Assembly (NCBI GenBank): GCA_964106645.2
Contig: OZ067046.1
Length of the DNA stretch: 64,000 nucleotides
Source: Podarcis pityusensis
Lineage: Eukaryota
Reading direction: 5' to 3' (one strand)
Shown here: one piece after another, positions 39,917 through 49,082 of the stretch
Layout of the letters: the number at the start of each line of letters is the position of its first letter
How positions within the stretch are numbered: position 1 is the stretch's first letter
Program-made: the position numbers and the translations under genes
The notes under the pieces: model-generated
Seen by the model: only the letters and a program-made list of their open reading frames with translations
Told to the model about the DNA's origin: nothing
Database searches by the model: none

Positions 39917-42900
39917 GGAATATCGGAAACGCTTTAAATATACATCCAATCTTAGGCAGTATTACCACTGCAAAAGAATTGGACCGCAGCAGTCAGAATG
40001 AGTACACTCTGATGGTGAAGGCCACGGACAAAGGGAACCCTCCGAAGAGTGAAGTAACATCTGTGCACATTTCAGTCACGATCTCTGATAACGCATCGCC
40101 AAAATTCACAATGCGAGAATATTCCACGGAAATAAGTGAAGGCAGCAGCATTGGCAGTTTCATTGGAATGGTCACCGCATTCAGCCAGTCATCTGTAGTT
40201 TATGAGATAAAAGATGGTAATATAGGTGATGTCTTCACTATCAACCCAAATTCCGGTGTCATCACCTCTCAGAAGACACTCGATTATGAAATGTTGCCTT
40301 TTTATAGTCTGACTGTACAGGCAACCAACATGGCTGGCCAGTCCACAAACACTACTGTATTGGTGCATCTTCAAGACGAGAACGATAATGCACCAGCTTT
40401 TACGCAAGCAGAATACACAGGACTCATCAGCGAATCGGCTTCCGTTAACAGCGTGGTTCTGACAGACAGGAACGTTCCATTAGTAATACGTGCTACAGAT
40501 GCTGACAAAGAAACAAACGCTTTGCTCGTCTATCAGATTGTTGAGCCATCTGCCCACAAGTACTTTGCCATCGATTCTAGTACAGGAGCCATTCGTACAG
40601 TAATGAGTTTGGACTATGAAGAGACAAGTATATTTCGCTTTTCAGTGAACGTGTACGACATGGGGACGCCCCGCTTATTTGCAGAATACGCAGCCAATGT
40701 TACCATTTACGTCATCGACATCAACGATTGCCCTCCTATGTTCTCTAAAGATCTGTATGAAGCAACTGTTTTGGTACCAACCTATAAAGGAGTGAAAGTT
40801 GTTACGGTCAATGCCACAGATGCTGATTCAGAGGTCTTTTCACAACTAATGTACTCTATCACTGAAGGAAACATTGGAGAAAAATTTTCGATCGATTCCA
40901 AGACTGGGCAGATAACCGTACAAAACACGAGTCAGTTAAGAAGCAGATATGAATTGACGGTCAGAGCCTCTGATGGCCGGTTTTCAAGCACCACCTCTGT
41001 AAAAATTAATGTGAAAGAGAGCAAGGCAAGTCCGCTAAAGTTCACGCAGAGTTCCTACAATGCTGTGGTCCAAGAGAATTCCACAGAGGCGAAAACAATA
41101 GCTGTTATCACTGCTATAGGGAGTCAAATAAATGAGCCTTTGTTTTATCATATTCTAAACCCAGACATTAGGTTTAAAATTAGCTACACTTCAGGAGTCC
41201 TTTCAACTACCGGAATACCGTTTGATCGTGAGCTGCAGGAATCTTTTGATATTGTTGTGGAAGTGACTGCAGAGCATAAGCCATCCCTAATTGCACATGT
41301 TGTGGTAAAGGTCACTGTAGAAGACACGAATGATAATGCCCCTGTTTTTGTCAATCTTCCTTATTATGCCACCGTTAAAATAGATACTGAAGTGGGCCAA
41401 GTTATTCGGTGTGTCACTGCTGTGGATAAAGACATTGGCAGAAATGGACAAGTGCACTATTACCTCAAGGAACACTATGGCCACTTCCAGATAGGAGATG
41501 CTGGTGAAATCTCTCTCAAGAAACAGTTTGACCCAGACACACTAAATAAAGAATATCTCCTCACTGTGGTCGCAAAGGATGGCGGAGAGCCGAGTTTTTC
41601 TGCTGAAGTGACAGTCCCTATCACGGTTGTGAATAAAGCCATGCCAGTATTTGAAAGAGCTTTCTACAGTGCAGAGATACCGGAAAACATCCAAATCCAT
41701 AGTCCTGTTGTACATGTGCAAGCAAACAGCCCAGAAGGGCTCAAAGTGTTTTATAGCATCACAGATGGAGACCCTTTCAGTCAGTTTTCTATAAACTTTA
41801 ACACAGGAGTTATCAATACTTTTGCCCCTCTAGATTTTGAGTCCCACCCTGCCTACAAACTGAGCGTGCGTGCGACTGATTCCTTGACTGGAGCCCATGC
41901 CGAGGTGTTTGTTGACATAATAGTCGAAGACATCAACGATAATCCTCCCGTCTTTACAGAGCAGTTTTATGTCACCACCCTTTCTGAGGCTTCGGTAATT
42001 GGAACATCTGTTGTACAAGTCAGGGCTACAGACGCTGATTCTGGAGCAAACAGAGGGATTTCTTATCACTTGGTACAAAACAACAGCGAGGGCTATGATT
42101 ATTTTCACATAGATAGTAGCACTGGGCTCATTCTGACAGCAAGGGGTTTGGATTATGAACAGATTCAGCATCACACATTGCTAGTAAGAGCAATAGACAG
42201 TGGAATGCCTCCACTGAGCACGGACATTATTGTAAGTGTTGATGTAACAGACCTGAATGATAACCCACCAGTCTTTAACCAGCTGCTTTATGAAGCTAAC
42301 ATCAGTGAATTGGCTCCCCGCGGGCACTTTGTAACTTGTGTAAAGGCCTCCGATGCGGACAGTTCAGATACAGAGAAGCTGGAGTATTCCATATTAACAG
42401 GCAATGATCATATGAATTTTGCAATCAACAGCAAAACAGGGGTCATCACCCTTTCAAACTTGCACAAACAGTCTCTGAAGCCCATTTACCGTCTTAATGT
42501 CTCTGTTTCTGATGGGGTCTTCAGAAGTTCCGCTCAGGTTCTCATAAATGTTATTGCAGCCAATTTGCACAGCCCTGTTTTTGGTCAGAATGAATATGAA
42601 GTGGAACTAGCCGAGAATGCTCCATTGCATACCCTGGTGACAGAAGTCAAAGCAACAGACAAAGATACTGGCAGCTATGGATACATCACTTACCATATTG
42701 TGAATGATTTTGCAAAAGATAGGTTTTATACTAATGAAAGGGGGCAGATATTTACTCTGGAAAAGCTCGATCGCGAAACTCAAGCTGAAAAAGTAATCTT
42801 CATTAGGTTAATGGCCAAGGATTCTGGCGGGAAAGTGGCTTTTTGCAGCATCAACGTAATACTTACTGACGTTAATGATAATTCCCCTTTGTTCCGAGCA

Positions 42901-43984
42901 ACGGAATATGAAGTAAACATTGGGTCTAATGTTCCAAAAGGCACATCTGTCATCAAGGTTTTAGCTTCGGATGCTGACGAAGGCACCAATGCAGACATCA
43001 CCTATACAATCGAAGCCGATTCTGAAAATGTTCAAGAGAATTTAGAAATCGATCACTTGACAGGCGTAATAACCACAAAAGAAAGTTTAATTGGTTTAGA
43101 AAATGAGTTTCTCACTTTCTTTGTCAGAGCGCAGGATGGTGGATCCCCCAAAAAGGATTCCAGGGTTCCTCTCTATGTTAGAATACTCCCCCCTGAAGTA
43201 TCTCTGCCAAAATTTTCAGAACCATTTTATTCTTACACACTTTCTGAAGATACTCCGATTGGAACGGAGATTGACATTGTACGAGCAGAGCACACACAGC
43301 CGTTGCTGTACACCCTTGTTAAGGGGAATGCTCCTGAAAGTAACCGAGATGATTTTTTTGTCATAGACAAGCAGAACGGAAGGCTGAAACTTGAAAAGAG
43401 TCTTGATCACGAGACAACTAAGTGGTACCAGTTTTCAGTGCTAGCATACTATTTAAATGAAGAATACAGAGTTGTTTCCTCTGTTGACATAAGCATTCAA
43501 ATAAAAGACGCAAATGACCACAAACCAATCTTAGAATCCGATCCGTATGAAGCGTACATTGTGGAAAACATGCCAGTAGGAACAAAAGTCATACAAGTGA
43601 AAGCACTTGACCAGGATTCGGGGATGAATGGGCAGGTAACGTACAGGCTAGAGACAGCCCAAGATACTGACATCACTGAGTCTTTTGCCATAAACATGGA
43701 AACAGGTTGGATTACTACACTGAGAGAGCTTGACCACGAAAAGCAGAACAAGTACAGAATTACTGTGGTGGCATCTGATCGTGCAGAGAAAATGCAGTTG
43801 TCATCCACTGCGATTGTTGAAGTTTCCGTGACTGACGTGAATGACAACCCTCCTCGCTTCACTGCAGAGATCTATAAAGGGACAGTCAGTGAAGATGACC
43901 CAACTGGAGGAGTCGTTGCTATTTTAAGCACCACAGACACTGATTCAGAAGATGCTAACAGACAGGTCAACTATTTTATTACAG
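39917..43984 (+). CDS. FAT1: FAT1 large exon 10 equivalent (4068 nt, about 13 cadherin repeats)
   Basis: acag|GG...ACAG|gtaaac; lies inside ORF 39886-44028 with repeated LDYE/LDRE, AxDxG and DxNDNxP motifs. Confidence 0.98.
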
Positions 43985-44374
43985 GTAAACCTTTAGAAAT
44001 GGTGACAAAATTATTTGGCTCTAGATAATTTTAAATATATATAATGTTTCTACAATTTTAAGTCTATAGTTTCCCTTCTCCATTTATTTATGAGATTCAC
44101 TGTCATATTCCCCATACATGTATTGTTCCTTAAGGTGTCTCCGTAAGAGCTGAGACAAATTGATGAACCACAGCACAGAAGCATTGCTTTAGTGTAGAAT
44201 CACCTGCTGCAAGAAACACAGGGCTGTCACTGAAAATGGCAGCCCTATATCAAGTTTTGTCCTGTTTTGTCTTCATGCTGTGCTTTTGCCCACACTCACA
44301 TCACTGGCAATCAAACAGAAATGCACAGTGTGTTGACATAAGGACTTTGGGGATGCAGAAAACGTAACATTTTA

Positions 44375-44671
44375 CAGTCGTGCCCTGCAAGACGAATGCC
44401 TCGCAAGACGAAAAACTCGCTAGACGAAAGAGTTTTCCGTTTTTTGAGTCGTTCCACAAGACGAATTTCCCTATGGGCTTGCTTCGCAAGATGAAACGTC
44501 TTGCGAGTTCTTGCGAGTTTGTTTCCTTTTTCTTAAAGCCGCTAAGCCGTTAATAGCCGCTAAGCCGCTAATAGCCGCTAAGCCGCTAATAGCCGTGCTT
44601 CGCAAGACGAAAAAACCGCAAGACGAAGAGACTCACGGAATGGATTAATTTCGTCTTGTGAGGCACCACTG
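44375..44671. mobile_element. Tc1/mariner MITE family B, inverted relative to 25569
   Basis: Near-identical reverse complement of 25569-25847; TA TSD. Confidence 0.9.
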
Positions 44672-45705
44672 TACAAGAAGTTACAGAAAGGGGAGACTTG
44701 AAATAGCGCCGTCATTTTGGGTGACACTGTCATGTATCTTACAATGTGGCAACCTGAATTTCTCCAATATGTGTTGTCTGCTTGGTTGATAGCCTTAGCC
44801 ATTTGCACACATCGAGCACTGTTATTCGCATACGTATTTGCATTGTTTTATTCGCATGCTGCCTTTCCAAAGTTAAAACCATGCTCAAAGCTTCTTGCAA
44901 CATGAAAAACAACATACAATTACAAGTATAACAAAAGCAGTTGCAAACTACAAATAAAACACATCAAAAAGCACACAACCAAATTGAAACAATTTCCACG
45001 TAAACAATAAGATCTAAACACAGAGATATAACAAATTAGCATCGGTAACTGCAACAACCCCCCCTCCCAACAACAACAACAAACCTATATAATAATCCAA
45101 GCCAATATAAAGTTATAATTTCTTGGGCACAGTTGTATAATTGCTACATGAATTGTATACCCAAAAAAGTAGGAAGCATGAAAAAAATATAGTTCTTTTT
45201 ATGTATGTTATGTATTTTGCAATGCTGTTTTTATTTGCAAAATTGCTAGTAATTGACTGCAAGTTCAGGGTGTGTGTGTTTGGGGGGGGGGACACAACAA
45301 CTCTCCAAAATATGGCTTTTGTGTAGCAACAAGCTGTATACCTGCTGTTGCATATCTCATCCCCTTCCCACAAAACATGTCAGAGCTGAGGGCATTGGTT
45401 ATGAGTTTCCCACAAGTAACAGTGGCAACCAGTTATGAGGGCTGTTTGCTACTTACAGGATGAATCAGAAGCAGTGTTGCTGTGAATACCAGTAATTGGC
45501 AAACATAGTGGGAAGACAGTGTTGTGTTCAGGTCTGGCTTGTGTGCTTTCCATGGAAGCATCTGGTTGTTGTGAAAACAAGATGCTAGGCTGGAGGGGCA
45601 GTTTGGTCTGATCCAGCACAGCTCTTTGTATGCAAAGATTGGAATTCTGGAATGCAGTCTTTGCTCTCCTGAGGTTTTTGTTACCAAAGGAGCAGTAATA
45701 CTTTC

Positions 45706-45808
45706 TAAATATTATGAAATTTATTGCATTTATTGCTAAATAAATTTATTGCATTTATTGCTAAATAAATTTATTGCATTTATTGTAAATATTATGAATT
45801 TTATTGCA
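45706..45808. repeat. 25-bp AT-rich minisatellite (AAATTTATTGCATTTATTGCTAAAT, about 3 copies)
   Basis: Direct reading. Confidence 0.9.
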
Positions 45809-45880
45809 GGTCTTTTCCCTTCACCCCTATAATGACGTTTCCCCGTTTCTGATTTGAATTGCCTTCTATCGTTTGTCTAG

Positions 45881-46077
45881 GAGGCGATCCATTGGGACAG
45901 TTTGCTGTAGAAAATATCGAGAATGATTGGAAAGTATATGTCCGAAAACCTCTGGACAGAGAAGTAAAGGATAATTATCTTCTGAATATCACCGCTACTG
46001 ATGGGATGTTCACAACAAAAGCTGTGGTGGAAGTGAAGGTCCTTGATTCGAATGACAACAGCCCTGTTTGTGAAAAG
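45881..46077 (+). CDS. FAT1: FAT1 exon 11 equivalent (197 nt)
   Basis: ctag|GA...AAG|gtacta; [28 protein letters not shown]...[11 protein letters not shown]. Confidence 0.95.
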
Positions 46078-46289
46078 GTACTAGCATGGGGTTTTCATGC
46101 ACACATTTGCTTTCAGACTCAAATAAATACATTCTACATTTGGAAAATAATTTATTAAATAATTACTTTGGAAAAGGGAAGTTGGGAAAAATTCCACTGC
46201 TCATCCTTGAAAGCTTTTAGTAACCTCTGCCTGTCAGTACATACCGGTGTTAATTATTTGCGGTTATGTGGAATATCTAGAAAACAGAA

Positions 46290-46895
46290 ACAATATTTTG
46301 CTATTAATTATATATTAATTAGATTTCAACATTACCAAAGATCGCAGGGAGGTTTGCAATATAAAAACACAATAATATATATAGCATAAATAACAAACAA
46401 AAACAATACCTTTTCGCCAGCTTAAAAGGCCATAGATGGTTTAATCATAGCTGTCAACTTTCAGATTTGAAAATAAGGGATCAGCAGCCTCACCTGTCCC
46501 GGGGACAGTCTATGGGATATCTAACAATCCGGGGTAGCAGCAGGAAGCAGCGGGAAACGGCGCTGGAATAAGAGGATTTCCCCCCCAAAAAGGGAAGATT
46601 GACAGCTATGGGTTTAATTAGCCAAAGGTCTGGGAGTAGAGGAATGTTTTTGCCTGGTGCCTAAAGATATATAACAAAGGGGCCAGGTAAGCCTCTCTAG
46701 GGAAAGCATTCCACAAGTGGGGAGCCACCAACAAAAGACCTGTTCTCGTGTCCCCCTCCCCCGGACTTCACATGAAGGAGGCATACAAAGAAGGGCCTCT
46801 GATTATGAATGCAGGGTCCAGGTTAGTTCAGATGGGGAGAGGCAGTTCTTGAAGTATGCCAGTCCTGAGCTGTTTAAGGCTTTGTAGTTCAAAAC
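46290..46895 (-). mobile_element. Older L2-type 3' fragment interrupted by a hAT MITE
   Basis: Reverse complement resembles the L2 ORF2 end (aaagccttaaacagctcagg..., gtggctccccacttgtggaatgc); boundaries approximate. Confidence 0.6.
46446..46610. mobile_element. hAT MITE (165 bp)
   Basis: Perfect 12-bp TIR CATAGCTGTCAA and perfect 8-bp TSD GGTTTAAT. Confidence 0.92.
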
Positions 46896-47109
46896 TTTGA
46901 GTCAAGCTGCCTTCTAGTTAACGGAAGCTTCCATGGCCTAGTCCCTATCACAGGGTGCTACGTAAAAGCCACACTTTCCTTGTGTCACTTCATAAACTTT
47001 TTGGACTTAATGTTATAAACAGGCCCAAGGAAATTTATTTAATCCTCCACTAAAAAACCCAGTGAAAAACTTGACAGTGAAATACAGTGAAGTGAGAGAA
47101 TCAGAAGTA

Positions 47110-47360
47110 CAATGGTACTTTGGTTTAAGAACTTAATCTGTTGCGGAAGTCAGTTCTTAAACCAAAACGTTCTTAAACCAAGGTGTGCTTTCCCATAGCA
47201 GTGGGGGACTCAATTTACAAATGGAACACACTCAACAGGAAGCAGAACATGTTCTTATTCCAAGGCAAAGTTCACAAACCCAAACAGCTACTTCCGGGTT
47301 TGCAGCATTCTTAATCCAAATTGTTCATAACTAAGCTGTTCTTACACCAAGGTACCACTG
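47110..47360. mobile_element. Tc1/mariner MITE, family A-related subfamily
   Basis: TA-CAATGGTACTTTGG...CCAAGGTACCACTG-TA. Confidence 0.82.
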
Positions 47361-47494
47361 TACAATATATTTTCATGTTTTGTGTTGCATGTTTCAAAAA
47401 CTTTTAATATCTAATCTTAATGATGCAATCTCTGTAGTGTCCAGATCTAGTTCCCTTAATGCACTTTTTCAATGCTGTTCTTAAAAACTTTTAG

Positions 47495-47648
47495 GCATTG
47501 TACACAGAGTCTGTCCCAGAAGATTCCCTGCCTGGCAAACTCATCATGCAGGTCTCAGCCACAGATGCAGATATTCGTTCCAACGCAGAAATAACTTACA
47601 CATTACACGGTCCTGGAGCAGAAGATTTCATGCTCAGTCCAGAAACAG
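47495..47648 (+). CDS. FAT1: FAT1 exon 12 equivalent (154 nt; absent from the ORF track)
   Basis: ttag|GCA...ACAG|gtaata; hand translation ALYTESVPEDSLPGKLIMQVSATDADIRSNAEITYTLHGPGAEDFMLSPETG. Confidence 0.95.
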
Positions 47649-48023
47649 GTAATATTCAGAAGATATTATAAGCTGTGCCATTATTTCTTCTGAAAGTTTG
47701 ATTGATCAGTGCCCTATCCTCCCTGACCAAACGAGCTGGTGAAAGTTGTAGCTGGAAACATCGGGAAGGCAGCGGATTGCGGAAAACTGGTTTACAAAAC
47801 CATAATCTTCTTACGTGCTGAAAAGATTGACATTTTGTTCAAGACAGGTTAGCAGTGTGCAGCCATCTTTAAATGTCAGATATCACTGCTGAATTATGCC
47901 ACATGGGGAATTTTGTTCTTTAAAAGATTGCTCGACTCAAAACGTTTCCAGATCTTTGTGGGATGCTCAGTTCTTGTTTTTAAAGCCCTTTATTTGCTTT
48001 GTTTTTATTACTTCCATGCATAG

Positions 48024-48257
48024 GTGAGTTGAAAACACTAGGGGCACTTGACCGTGAGCAGAAAGCAGTATATACTCTTATCGTCAAGGCATCAGATGGA
48101 GGAGGAAGGTTTTGCCAGGCTAAAATTATTCTGAATATAGAAGATATGAATGATAACACCCCAGAGTTCACAGCAGACCCATACTCCATCACAGTATTTG
48201 AGAACACGGAGGTGAAAACTCTCTTGACAAGAGTGCAAGCTACAGATGCCGATGCAG
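48024..48257 (+). CDS. FAT1: FAT1 exon 13 equivalent (234 nt)
   Basis: atag|GT...GCAG|gtagga; [17 protein letters not shown]...DMNDNTPEF...ATDADAG. Confidence 0.96.
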
Positions 48258-48326
48258 GTAGGATTTATTGAGATGCATTTTTAATGCAACACTAATGCTG
48301 AAATCTAAATGATATTTGTTAGTTTG

Positions 48327-49082
48327 TGTCAGAGTTGCTTCCAGATCCTAGCTCACAGAGGATCACGCTAGCCAGCGATCATTAAATAAAAGTCTTTATT
48401 GAGTTACAGTTTCCATTCTCAAGCTGCTGCGTGCAACCCTACGTCTAATGGTTAGATCGGCGAAGCTCCATCTGAGTCTCCGCCCCTTGTACACCAACTT
48501 AATATCCTAGCCTTGCTCCACCTTTTCCGCCTGACTGTTCTTCTCTGGGTCCCTCTGCCCCCCGGGGTCTCTTCCTTCCGGGATTCCGCTGACGCTGACC
48601 CCCCTGACTCTTCTCCCTCCTTTCGGCAGGCTTTAGGACCTGGCTCCCTTTCCGGGCTGCCTACTGCGCCACCTTCCTGTGCATTTGAACTTGTCGCGCG
48701 CGCCCAACCTTCCACCTTCCGTCTGACCGTTTCTTCGCTCCCCGATGGAGGTGTGGCCACTCCTGACTCGTGCCCTCCCCCCTGTTGTGAGCTGCCAGCG
48801 CTTGATCCCTGGCGCCCTTCCTCTTCCCTGCTCTCTGGCGGTGACGCTGGTCCCGATTTCCAACTGCTCCCCTCTGAGTCCCCTCTGGCTCTATCTTCCT
48901 GGGGTGTCCCCCTAGGCTCCCCCCTTGCCCTGGCCACTGGTGCTCCTTTCTGTGAATCTTCTGATTCACTGGAAAGACTCGGAGATCTCGGGTCGTCGTC
49001 ATCACTCATCTTTTCTTCTGCCTCCTCCCCCTCGCTCTCTGTTTCCTCCCTTGCCCTTGCCTCTGCTCCTGAACCCCTGACA
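48327..49082 (-). repeat. 3' LTR (756 bp)
   Basis: Direct repeat of 54133-54894; by eye differs only by one A/G substitution and a 6-bp indel. Confidence 0.97.
48395..48400 (-). terminator. LTR polyadenylation signal AATAAA (copy in 5' LTR at 54201-54206)
   Basis: Minus-strand AATAAA about 50 nt downstream of the pol stop, near the LTR end. Confidence 0.75.

Noticed and set aside
39886-44028. 1380-aa ORF as a stand-alone single-exon cadherin gene
   Set aside because: Both ends run into intron sequence past canonical splice sites; no ATG start or signal peptide; phases join the neighbouring FAT1 exons
44375-44671. Spaced short repeats resembling a CRISPR array
   Set aside because: Vertebrate intron; repeats are irregularly spaced, lie inside TIRs with a TA TSD, and no cas genes are present
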